Origin: Catajapyx aquilonaris | Taxonomy: Eukaryota | Direction of reading: 5' to 3' | DNA length: 64,000 bases | Assembly: GCA_000934665.2 (NCBI GenBank) | Contig: KZ538008.1 | Coordinates: 186,001-250,000, forward strand | Shown here: positions 1-12,149 of the stretch, in pieces | Numbering within the stretch: position 1 is the first letter of the stretch | Layout of the letters: each line of letters starts with the position of its first letter | The notes under the pieces: model-generated | Database searches by the model: none | What the model was told of the DNA's origin: nothing | Seen by the model: only the letters and a program-made list of their open reading frames with translations | Made by a program: the position numbers and the translations under genes

Positions 1-267
1 AAACTGAGTTACTCTTCAATCAAAACTCAAGAGTCAGGTTGCTACCGACAATAATTACCATGCTAATTCTCTGTGGTTAGTTTGACAGATTATGCTAATG
101 TGGCTCAAGACAATAATTATTCCTTGGGTATAAATACTCCCTCCCATGTGGTTAGTTATTTTTAATAGCAGTGATTGGATTACCTGTCATCCTTTTCTGA
201 AGCCTAGGGTGTCCATAATTTTTCTAAGGTGACAGTGAAGATCATTATGATCATTAATTGCATTTAG

Positions 268-859
268 TTTCCAGTGTTGAAGGCATTTTACATGTAGCAT
301 GTGGACAGCACCACACATTGGCAGTGACATGCGATGACGAAATTCATGCATGGGGCAGTAATAACTACAGACAATCTGGAGTACCTCCGTTAGCGCCTCA
401 CGATGTGAAGGATCTCAAGTCTGGATGGAATCATGGAGTAATTCTCACAAGTAGGCTACATTTGCAATGTGGGAAACCATGTGAGAACTACAGTTCATTA
501 ACTTGGCAGGGAACGGACAAGTAGTCACGTGGGGTCGCAACAATTTTGGACAACTTGGAAGGGATGGTGACCCAGCATCACCAATGCTAATTCAAGCCCA
601 GTCAGGCATTCGTGAGATTGCAGTTGGTTCCGAGCACAATGTGGCATTAACTGGTGAGTTGCCAAGAGTCACTAAATCAATACCCTTTTGACATGATTGC
701 ATTCTCATTGCAGAGAGTGGCACTGTGTTGACCTGGGGATGGAATGAGCATGGCAACTGTGGAACTGGTGATACCATGAATGTCCTCCGCCCAACTAGAA
801 TATGTCGAATTGGTAAAATAGTAGGTTGTGGTGCTGGAACGTCCTTTTTGGCAACATAA
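268..859 (+). CDS. SERGEF: RCC1-repeat protein, secretion-regulating guanine nucleotide exchange factor (SERGEF/DelGEF)-like; last three coding exons (5' part lies outside the window)
   Basis: Exons ~268-450, 510-653 and 714-859 join in frame via GT-AG introns. RCC1 repeats VACGQHHTLAV..HAWGSNNYRQSG, KSGWNHGVIL..TWGRNNFGQLG, AVGSEHNVAL..TWGWNEHGNCGTG..VGCGAGTS; TAA at 857-859. The WGWNEHG and GCGAG C-terminal repeat resembles SERGEF (from memory). Confidence 0.85.
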
Positions 860-911
860 ATGAAATATATTTTAAGGATTTAATATATAAACACGTGTCT
901 AAAATGAAACA

Positions 912-917
912 TTTATT
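912..917 (-). terminator. Polyadenylation signal AATAAA of the NHA gene
   Basis: TTTATT on the + strand, about 145 nt downstream of the NHA stop codon. Confidence 0.6.
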
Positions 918-1060
918 TACACCTGTAGGAAGGCATTCTGTGATGCGCAGTTGTCACTTGCAACTCGAAACTTACACTAGTAATACTTTAAAATGTTTTG
1001 CACCCACTGTTAATGTCTTTGATAAGGCGAGGCACTTGTCCCTATATGCACAATGGGCAA

Positions 1061-4000
1061 CTACATGAAAGTGGACTGAACATTCTGAATAATCTCCTCT
1101 TCTTGAGCCATGAGATTAAGTTCAGAGCAGACAGATGGTGGCTTGGGTAGACCTCTAAGTGCCTCAGGATCCTGCAAAAAAGTAGCATTATCATCCATGC
1201 AAATCGGATCAATTTAATAAAGATACATACCACCTCCTGTCCCTCCTTCCTTGCGGCTGTGATCAAACTTAAGCTCTTCCTCTGACCTGGACTGAGCCTG
1301 GTTAAAAGCCGAGGTCCAGTGACAGCAATCCAGATGGCACCAAGAGGAGCGGTGATCAGGATAGCCAATACAGCAATGGTAAGTATCTGACGTGCATCAT
1401 GCTCCGCTTTTTCGGATGGATGGCTCATTTGGTGCACCTTGTCCAATGCCAGCGGACCTATTGCAGCCTGAAATTCCACTTGCATTAGGACACAAATACG
1501 AGCATTGATTAACATGTTAACTCACCTGCACTGTGGCCTTTGGAATCCACGCAAGGGCCATAAATATTCTCTCCCTGAGGTTCATTCCTTTCACTACTGC
1601 AAAGCTCATCAAAATTCGCACCTGCAAAGTTCAAAGTACTGCCTTGTAAACTTGTTATAAGCAGATGTACATGTAAATGTAGTGTATTGAACTTACAAAC
1701 ACGCCGCAAAACAGAACTGCTATGAGAAGGCCTACAGCCCCACCTTCGAGGCTGGAGAGGTCAATCTCTGCTCCAATGAGTCCAAACAACAATGGCTGGA
1801 ACACTGCCCAAAGTACTGCAAATTGGCCAGAAACTGCATGCTGGAATAGGAAAAGCCATATCAATTCAAGGTCTGAGGCATTGTACAATTTACTGAACAA
1901 GTCCAGGTAAATGGGACACCCATCCACATACATGTGCCTTCTCCCCTTCTCTTCTCCATCCATAAGCTCCAACACATGTGAAGAGCAGGCAAGCCAAGGC
2001 ACCAGCACCAGAGAGTCCAACGGCCATAGTGCCAAACATGGCCAGAAGTCCTCCTCCAAACAAGATCAGGAATCTGAACAACCGCAGTTTCCTCTGGAAT
2101 AAAAAAAACGATACATGTCGCAATATATTCATCCCTCGACAGCAGTTTCCACCCATTGATATGCCATTGTCCAAGGCCAATTACAAGCACTAGACAAAAC
2201 GCTGTCAAGTGCAACATACTCGAACAACAGGTGTGTATATGTGAACAGCCGCAATCAGTGTCACACATACGCACAGCAGGTGCCTACTGCATTTACACAA
2301 TCCCAATTCAAGTTGGGGTCAAGAATATAAGGGGTGGTTGAAACGGAAACGCATGTCCATCATTGCAACTACGTGCAGTACAAAAGGACCGCATTGTTTC
2401 ATTCGGACTCCCAAGGTTAGACTCATACGTGCTAACGTCAAATCCAATTGTTGTCTTCGATCGCAATTACAACCCATGCTGGCTACGCGTGGTAATAATC
2501 CACCGAATTTCCTGCCTGCGACGGAGCGTAGAATAAATTGGACATCTGATTGCAGGCCTCGTTATGGAGGACTGCTACGAATAAAAGGAGACTCGACTTA
2601 CGTCTTTTTGGGACGGAATAAACCAGACGAAGATACCGGCGATTATGCCGTAAGAGAAGGCCACAAGAAGCTCAATCGGTCCTTGCAGCACGGTCCGTAC
2701 AATATCACCTGAAAAGCAGTCATGTTAATAACATTGCCCATAATCTTCATGTAAAATTGGGTCACCTGATGCAAAAGTGATTCCAATGGCAATCCCAAAC
2801 CCAGTGATAGACGCAGCATCGTTGACCGACGACGCTGCGATACCAAGGATGGGTATTCCCTTGGTGACGCCATACCCTCCCTCTTGCAGCTTCAGAAACG
2901 AGGGCACCACCACCGCGGGTGACACGGCCGACAGCACGAATCTAGAACAAAACCACAATTAGCACACTGCCCTTGCAACACCCTATTGGTACTTACCCCA
3001 TCAGCATGCCCCAGGTGAAGGTGAAGTCCAACAGAAGATAGGCAGCAGTGGCCGCCGCGAAGGCCTCTGCCACTGGAGGCACCACAGCCAGAAGGATGAC
3101 CACGATGCCCACCTTCTTCACAGAATGAGGGTCCATATGCAATCCAGCTCGGGTCAAGATCACCACCAGTGCAATGTGCCTGAAATGACAGTGTCACCTT
3201 GATACCAGTTCAGCCTTGACATCCATCCTTTGTTAGAAGGTGACATGTTCCCATACCGGATTAGAGAGGAGGTTTCCTTATCCAGACGTTCTCCAACTCC
3301 TTCCCTGAGTCCCGGTATGTTCCTGGCGCCAACTCCGGCCAGAAGCATACCCAGAAGAGGCGGCAGATGAAAGACCTTGAGGAGGGCGCCGATGGACACA
3401 GCCAGGACGAAAAGGGCCAGAAGGGCAAAGTTGTGACCTCCCGGCTCCATACTTTCCTCTGCACGAAATTATGAAATTAGCAGTGTGAAAACACCCTGTT
3501 TGTTCAAATCTGTTATCGGCGCAAACAAACTTCTTTGAGGTGGATGAACCTCCCCAGTACACTTACCAAATATCCCAATGCCCACGCCCCACAGGAGCAG
3601 TAAGAGGACGATCAGAGTCAAAATCCGACCCACCGGACCATGCGGAGGACATAAAAAGGCGTATCGAATTCGTTCACCAGGAGTCGGGTCATCCGGGAGC
3701 GGATGTAATTCGACCATACATGGCGACGACACCCTCTGAAACCATGCCCTGAAACGAAACATGCGTTTGTGACCATTGCTCATATTAGTTCGATATAAAT
3801 CATACTTCATATTGAGGCAGCATTTTTTCCTCTTCGACGGAGTCCGTTTTGTTTCAACATCTTGGACGTCATATCTGTTGACGTCTTTGTGCTCCGGTAA
3901 AGAAGTGAAGGCATCGTTGATGTACGAGTCTGCCTGTTCCCTGAAACAAATTGTGTTCGACTTGATCAACGGCACCAGCAAGCTTGCTTGACAGCCGAGA

Positions 4001-4851
4001 AAATTACGGTTTCCATGATGGACAATGCTACTTACTACAGAAACCTCAACAATAAGCCCACCGCACCATATTAACCCGACCAACAATATGCGCATCCATA
4101 ACGCACATTTTACTTTCAAATCGGTACGAATTTTCCTTTTGCAACCTTATGAATAATTTACGGGTCCTTCACATAATTGGGGTTAACGTATACCTGCAAT
4201 TTCTTCCCGGACGAATACCGGCTAATTATATCTGGTGCAAACAGGATTTGATTGGCGATAACTAGAATGCAAAAGTAGGTATTGCGCAACCGGTACTGAA
4301 GAGGGGCATCGCCCAGTGACGTCACTCGCACTATTCATTCGAGAGTGACCCTCGACGTATTTGGAATAACCAGGCTGCTGGGAATTTACCTTTTCCAGGG
4401 AATATTAACCACATAAGTGGTGCAAACTGTGTGCTGTCTAGATTTCATGGCCATTGTTGTGGCCGAGTGGAAACCTTGCTCGTGACCTCAAGGTGTAAAG
4501 ACCCACAGCTTTCGTTTTTTACTGTACCGGTACATACAAAAAAAAATCCCACATTTGTGACGCGTGTATACAATGTAACGCGTGACTGACACGCGCCATT
4601 CACACGAAAGGCATTGTATCTGATGAAATTATATGTTTACATCCATATTGAATAGTTGTCGAAATGCAACAATTGTACTGGCTGCGAAAACATTTACCAA
4701 CAATAGACATGTCCACAGGTTTTACTATCAATGTTCTGACATTCGACCAACAAACATCATGAAATACTCACTTTCCAGTGGTCGGATGATCCTTGACGTC
4801 CCCATGAACGTCGACCCCATTGCCCATCGGGTTCTTGGAGATCTTGGCCAT
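1061..4851 (-). CDS. SLC9B2: NHA-type Na+/H+ antiporter (SLC9B/CPA2 family), 12 coding exons, about 604 aa
   Basis: Exons 4851-4772, 3940-3806, 3748-3567, 3458-3257, 3179-2997, 2941-2766, 2708-2602, 2093-1932, 1840-1697, 1621-1526, 1467-1231 and 1171-1061 total 1815 nt; all GT-AG and phase-compatible. Family motifs: CPPHG, LPPLLGMLLAG, IALVVILTRAGL, AVSPAVVVP, GYGVTKGIP, QPLLFGLIGAE, WIPKATVQAAIGP, AVLAILITAPLGA. The symbol denotes the family; exact NHA1/NHA2 orthology is unresolved. Confidence 0.93.
4281..4390. promoter_or_regulatory. Motif cluster in the NHA first coding intron: C/EBP-like ATTGCGCAAC, Inr-like TCAGT (- strand), CRE palindrome AGTGACGTCACT, kB-like GGGAATTTACC
   Basis: Motifs read directly at 4281-4290, 4299-4295, 4315-4326 and 4380-4390; function is inferred. 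Confidence 0.35.
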
Positions 4852-6135
4852 GTTGACCCGTCTGGGATCTACTAAAGCAATGGCAATCGCACCATCAGTT
4901 GCTGTACGGATGGCTCGAATCATCTATTCTATGCAGTGGTGGGCACAGGGTGGAGTTACAAAGTGACCTTTCTGTCCAGTTCAGACCCCAGATGCCCGGG
5001 TGTTGTTGGGCGTGGCAGGTCCAAACACGGCCAAAGGTCACCAACAATAATTGTGACACTGAAATCGCGACCGGGCTCCTTCGATGGGTGTGGTAACGAA
5101 ACAGTGCATCGATGGTGAATTAATCATCAGCGTCCTAATGCACCAGGTATAAATAAGTGCGTGACCGTCTCACAATTTGCGACATTTCACCTTTGACCCC
5201 ATGCCACTAGCTCGACAAAACTTTCAGTTAAAACTAGCCAATTTTCACTAAAATTGCGGATTGACACTATTACATCGGATCTGCCTATTTTTTCCATTGA
5301 GCGAGTCGTGGCCTGCACTTGCCTGCTTCCCAACAAATTTTTACAAGTAGTGTGTAAAGCAATAAAACCGGTTTCATCCCGAAGTGAATTATCTCAAGTC
5401 ATTACTGTTATCACTATTAATGTCTCTGTCGAATGGACCGCCTCGCTTCTGTTTGATTCCTTTTTGACGACACAACAGCCCGTTTGTGCTACATTGGACG
5501 TGAAATGAATGCCAGGGGGGCCCTCCTGACAGTTTTGGACCATGGCTAACGTCGGATAATGAACAATACCACGTTATTGGAGTCATTGATCGGAGGCGGG
5601 TATAACAAAGACAATAATTCTGGCTTTCATTAAAATTGCATTTGGTAATCCAACCGTGAGGATCATTGTTTACAGGACTGACAACAGGAAGACACTTTCC
5701 ACGGATTTCGCCATGTCGCAATAACCTATACAAATTTCCCTTCCTAAAAATATCCACCGTAACAAATTCGCACACCGCAAAATAAAAACCACAGCTCCAA
5801 AGGTCCTATGCTAATAGTCCACCACAACGCACTTTTATGCTTTCCGGACACGCCGAAATTCACAATCAACAGGTCATTAAAACCGTCCGTAAAATTTGTT
5901 GTCACCTTGCACCATACCTGGAGTCAGCACCATACACCGGTCACCATTTAGGTTCACTGGAACAGCACAACCGATCGGCACGGTTCTCGAAGAGGAAATG
6001 AGCTGTGGTCCCAGCCAACACCGGTGACCTCTGACGCGAAAAACCTCAGGGGAAAGACTGATCCCACCATGTGATTACATGGAGGTTTAATGGGGCGGCA
6101 GTGTGGCGGGGGTACGGGGGTAGGGGGGGGGGGGT

Positions 6136-6179
6136 NNNNNNNNNNNNNNNNNNNNNNNNNNNNNNNNNNNNNNNNNNNN
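6136..6179. other. Assembly gap (44 N) flanked by poly-G and poly-C runs
   Basis: Run of n characters in the sequence. Confidence 0.99.
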
Positions 6180-9100
6180 CCCCCCCCCCCCCCCAAAATA
6201 TGACCACTCTTAAAATAATTTAAATGTGCGGTCATTTCATATTCGATAGCCACTAATATTTGGTTATCACGTTTCAATATTTGATTTTGCCTTCAGGTGT
6301 CAAAGCTCGTTCCGTCATGTCCCGCACGTCCATTTCATGCCCATTTCATGCCCGCAAATTACAGGTCTGATATTACTTCACTTAAAAGTTATGGCGGTTT
6401 CCAATAAAATTTGTAATGGACGCAGTTAACACGGAAGAATTCTTTTGTGGAAACGGCTTCATGTTTGTGTTACGTAACACGCTTCACGCAAGAAAGGTCC
6501 ATAAATCGTGCCAACGAAGTTTTTACTGTGACCTGGAAGGACAACCCAAACTGTCAAATCTGCACTTACTTGTACAACAAGGGTTTACTTTTTTTTTTTT
6601 TTGGAACTAGCTCTTTGCTCCGGGCAGACTCTTGTAGGCGTCAGTAACAATCCCCTGAAGTTATGTTAATGCTGCATAAAGATTGATGCCGTAAGGGTTT
6701 TTCCAATTTTACAGGGTGATTCACTCGCTCCAAACTACAACACTATACTGAAATAGTTGCTGTAACTATTAATATAAATTGTGAATAACTACTTTTTATT
6801 ACAGTTATTCTAATTCATTCCAAGTAACATTGGGGCAAAGACCCTGCAACAAAACATATGTAGGCTACAAATACACTTTTGACACACTGGCATGTAAACA
6901 ACAATTCGAACACAGAAACCTTAACAATAGTCTCATTGCAAAGTCATGAGCAACAAGCATCTGCGCTTCAATAATGTATCTGGCAAACATTGCAACACCT
7001 TCAGCCCTTTTGTCTGCAGGACAGGCGACAGAGTTAAGCTTCTGCCAGATAATCCGATACCACTCTGTCGCCAAAATTATTCCAAAAATGTGTCAGCCCC
7101 CTTTCTGACGCCAAATGACTTACCTATTTTCTAGTCGGTTCTGGAACGGGGATTACTATATGCCAGACAGTATGGTAATGCGCCTACATTTCATAACTCA
7201 TATTACTCCAGGTGGTAGAATTGAGCAGATATACAATGCACATCCACATGCTCATATTTTGTGACGCAATAACAGCTGATCTAATTAAGCCACGATATAT
7301 AAATAATGCAGCAGTTGGCCACTTTTCGGGTTTACGCTTGGACAAACATTTCCTGTACGCGTTCTATTTTGGATATACCTGTGCACCGCATATTAACGTA
7401 ACGAATGTTAATTTCGACCAAACTTTCGACAATAGTACGTGCAATGAATGAAGTGGCTTGTAGATAGCTCATATTTCATGATTTACCACAATTGCTCACA
7501 TATGATGACGTCTATAAAGTGCGTTTGGGATATACACGTGCATGTTTCGCATGCGGAACACTGTATAACCGGCTGTCATCCAATGCAAATAATCCGAGCC
7601 GAAAACAATGGGACACATAGGATGCCACGCTTTGTCCGCTTTCTGAAAAAACACAGTCGACACTAATAAATACCATTATAGTACGGGTGATCATCATGCG
7701 CACCAACGAATCATACGCTGTCATATACCAAATTCGTTCAATCTGACGGGACATGCATCAAATTAGATACAGGGCGGGGTAAGGGTAGGGAAAAGACGTA
7801 AGCACTTAAATGCAGCGAACTTGAACGCAAGTCATACAGTCCCCCTGATATTATCCAAGTTGCAAAAAAGTCGCGAACAGGTTATTTCAAGGGCTGAAAA
7901 CTCGAGCGTGACATTCGATGACTACTGCACTACCTTCCGTGAACCATTATATGTGACTAATAGCATAAAATACGTACAGTAACGGGCTTTTCACATACGC
8001 GACGAAACATACGACCAAATACACAAGAAAACATATGTCAGCTCGAAACTGGAACAACCCTGACGTCACTGGTAACACGTATGCACTTATATATGCCTGC
8101 ATATGAAGACATGCATAGTTTTTGTGTGCATCTATTGTGCTTACACTTTAATGATGACAATCTAACGTCACGTAACATATTGTCCTGGTTCACACCAGTG
8201 CAATCCTTCCCAACACTAGAAACTGCAGCACAAAATGTCATTACAACTGCGGTCCATGTCCCTATTACCCCTCATTGTACATTTTCAGCCCTCCATAAAC
8301 TCCAACTCTGCATACATACCAAATTGACATTTGCGCATAATCCATCCAGTTTTTTTTTTCTATTTTCACGTAACACACTGCCTGTCACAAATTCGAACCG
8401 AAACGAACATACAGGAAGGCGGAATTGTGCAGTAACTATCAGGTTTCTACTTCACTGCCACACCAGCAGATGGTGGCCAATAAAGAAAGAGCTAACAGCT
8501 CGCAGGCGCCACAAGTGCTGTTGATGACAACAGCTGAAAGTGCATATGTGCACTGGATTTCAAAACGATTGGAGTAAAAAAAAAAACTGTTAGTACAGTG
8601 TACGGAAAAAATAATATTTTGACACCGCCACTTCCTGTTTTTTTTTTAAATAAAAAAAGTGCGAAAATGCTGATCCTGCGAATCGAAACTTGAGTTTGGG
8701 CCAGCCACCAAAAAAATGTTCCGGAAAGAGTAGTGTTATGGACTTGTTTTCTCTACGTGATATGGAATCAACATCCAGAATCGGAGGGGTCGATGGATCG
8801 AATTTTTATCCACTTCAGGCGAAATGGAGAATGCTGCACAAACACAATTATACTGTATGCCAGTTGCCGCCTAGCATCCAATGTGGGCACTTAAAATAAC
8901 ACAAGGTTTAATCAGATTATACTGTGCATGCTCCTGCGGTAGTGTCAGGTACTCAGTGTTAATGCCTCATGTAACAATGGAAAGAAATATACGTTTTTCT
9001 CACATTTCGTTAGCCCCGTCTAATCGTATGTTACACTTACAATTATGAAACACCCTGTATGCATATAGGAAGAAGCATGACGGAATGTGAACTTTGTGGA

Positions 9101-11912
9101 GGAAAATCAACACGCCGTATTTGCCACGCAAAACGCCACCTCGTTTGAAGCTCGATCAATGATTCATAGCTTTTCTATGCTGAAGTGCATATTGCGCTTC
9201 TCGTTATTTTGGCGTTTGATCTGTGCGATATTTTATTTTATGTTTCTTCTTACCGTGAGAGTAATTAGTCGGTAATGGAATGACGGACGCAGGTAATGTT
9301 ATGCCTGACAAATATGTTCAATGTGACGAAAGGTCAGGGAGAGTAGTATCGATCATGCCTGCTGGTGTTAGTGATCGGAGAAAACATTTAGCCAGCACAA
9401 CGCTGATTGGCTTTCGGTCGAGGCCCATTTTTTTGATTAGTTTAGTGCACTGATTGTATTGTCGGGGACGTCCACAGGCAACAATGCAGACCAGAGGAGT
9501 AATAATCACGATGAGTGCACATGGACCTGATTGCTACTTCACACTTATTGAACTGTGTACCACCCTGTATTTGGCAGTGCTTTTGTTATACACTGTGGTA
9601 TAATCTGCGTGGTAATTAATTTACATACAAGTCAATATGTAATTAAGCTAAATGACGGCCTCATTTTGAAGCAGACAAGAATTTATATGGCTAATAAATA
9701 GTATAATCTATCTAACTATCGATATGCGGCCTACGATTGCATAATATAATAATTTGTGCATATTTTGGCTTATGCATATTAGCATATGTGCAACAAGTGA
9801 ATGATTTTAACTGCAATTTTAACTGACATTTTTAGCTAAACCTAATAAATTGTAACAATGTGATTGGATCGCATGCGACAGTTATTGCTCAGAGAGAATT
9901 GATTTTTTGAACCCCTTTTTGGACAAACTGTCATACAGTGTATGATAGCAACGTTTAATGTTACGCAAACATTCTCCCATACAGTTCCACAAAGTACCTC
10001 TGGTCAACATCAGATCAAAATATTTACAGTACGATAAATCATGCTGCCATGTTACACCTGAACACCTTCACAATACCTGACCAGACAATTTGCCAAGAGG
10101 TAACCCCCCCATTAATCAGCCGGCAGCCACGAAAAATAATGACTCCAGAATACGGTAGCTGCTGATAAGACCTGTCAGGAAAATCCTAATTGGAAGGAAT
10201 CACTGATCCTTCCCAACCTAAATAGGTTTGGTGTAGTATTGTCGCTCGGGGAGAGGTGAAAGCGATGGGAGATTAACGATCGCCTGCAACCGGAGGCCCC
10301 TCTCTTCATTTAAGTCTGTGAGAACCGGAGGGAAGGTGCACTTTGGGAAAACGGCAGAAGTTGCCAGGAGCCAGTCGCAGACAATAATGATCTCGCAAAA
10401 GATCCCTCAGGGGCATCTGCTTCCATGTCTTCCAGAGGTGTCTAATGGCACCCTAGAACTAATCATGGCGGAGGTAGATCATTGCAGTTTTATTGCGGAA
10501 CACTTTGCATTTTTTTTTTTTGCCAGGACTGGAAATGAATAATTCAAAACGTGCGATCTGCTAAAAGTGTTGATGTACTTGGAAATAATTATTCGGGCAA
10601 TGTTAAGCACTTTTTTGCAGGATTTTTGCGAATTAGTGAGTGCGAAGCTGGAATATAACAAATGAATTATTGAAAGCAGAGTCCTCCGGACAGGTTGTCC
10701 TTGACCAACCTGGTGCTGGGTACATCTATAGTACATGAACAGTTAGGTTGAACAAGGTGCTCGGTTGGGCTTCTATTGGTAATTTATCCCCTAGGAACCG
10801 CCGATAAAATATTACAGCATGCACTACGGCGCGGTGATTTGTGGCCTCTAATAAAGCGGTGCGACACGGGGTGTCAAGTGCAATCCATTAGAAATGACAG
10901 ATTTCCGTGTTTCTCCGCCGGGTGATGAAGTACTTGTAAAGTCATTTTCTGCCCCGGAACAATCACTAACAGTGGTCCTCCTTCGCCTATTAAATCACTT
11001 CATTACATTAAGAGAGAGACTTGTCGCAACTGGTCATGTTTGTTCATGAGTATTTGTCAACAGAGGTACTTTGTCACAGTAAGCCTAGGCATAAAATTTG
11101 AACTCACCCTATGGGCCACATGTGGGCTTGCCAATTTTTTGGATACGTATAAGACAGGCATGTGTGTACATGCAAAAATTGCATACTTCATTTCGTATTA
11201 CGTCAATATAAGGATGAAGCACTTCTGGTCAACAGTACGTCTCAACCTGGCGTCATCAACTGAGCCTGTTTGAATGATTTCACGCTCTCAACACACCTTG
11301 CAGCTATGCTTAACATTGCAGTCACACTGACGCAAGTGCCATTGGCACGTTGCACTGTAAAGGGTCGGAATAAACACGACTCCCATAGGTCTCCTGCATT
11401 CAATTAGAGGCCTATATACGCAGCGAGAACGACTTAGCTCAACTGCACGTAGGAATCCCCAACCTCGGTTTCGGACACGTGTCGTCAAACCCGGAAGGTA
11501 TCTCTTACAAGATGAAGAGGATCGACTTGAACCAGTGGCTCCTTCTCTAAAAGTGCAGAAAACGACTTTCTCCCGCGTCGAAATTGAATGGAATGGAGTC
11601 ATGGTGGCGGCTATCGATTGCACCAGGGAGTGGGAGAAGCGCAGCCTCTACTCTTCAGTCGCAGCGCTTCTCTGCTTCTCTCCGGACGCGTTGCCCCATC
11701 CGGGGACACCCATCGCGGAATATCCCGTCCCGAAGCTCCTCCCACCGGAGCTTACCCATCGCGCCGTCAGAGCGTCACTAGTCTCGCGGTAACATTCGGG
11801 GATCCCCCGTGTGAGTCTCCCAACTTCCTTATCCTCCCGTCAGAGCGTCGCTAGCAACGTCTGTAGTTCTCCAGTCCCGGATATTAGTCCCAATCATCGG
11901 GGATCAGAGAAG

Positions 11913-11927
11913 ATGAGGTGGCCGTGA
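11913..11927 (+). promoter_or_regulatory. 4-codon upstream ORF (MRWP*) whose TGA overlaps the cyclase ATG (TGATG)
   Basis: ATG AGG TGG CCG TGA at 11913-11927; main ATG at 11927-11929. Confidence 0.6.
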
Positions 11928-12149
11928 TGTTAGAGTCGGTTCGGCTGTTGGTGGCCGCGACCGTGGCCGTGGTGGTGGCGGTGGCCGCGCCCTCGATTGC
12001 TGTCCACGTGGCTTTGGTCATTCCAGAAGTCTGCTTGGGACAGACTGATGACCTCAGGGTGCGGTTGGAAGAAACAGGGAGGCAGGCCATTCAGTTGTCG
12101 GGATCCAGGCTGACTGTCAAGATACATCTGAGCTTTTTGACGCGGGCAG
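11927..12149 (+). CDS. Guanylyl cyclase exon 1: signal peptide and start of ectodomain
   Basis: [22 protein letters not shown]... hydrophobic leader; donor CAG|GTGAGT, phase 1, matches exon 2. Confidence 0.8.

Noticed and set aside
1926..1940. GC-AG intron in NHA (AAG|GCACAT)
   Set aside because: A canonical in-phase GT donor (CAT|GTATGT) lies 6 nt further on.
6090..6195. G-run/C-run inverted structure or G-quadruplex
   Set aside because: It straddles an N gap, so it is probably an assembly artefact at a homopolymer.
6393..6457. Tiny Harbinger-like inverted repeat (GGCGGTTTCCAATAAAA / TTTTGTGGAAACGGC)
   Set aside because: Short, mismatched, with no clear TSD.
11764..11856. Direct repeat CCGTCAGAGCGTC(A/G)CTAG twice in the cyclase leader
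   Set aside because: Only two copies of 18 nt; a local duplication with no assignable function.
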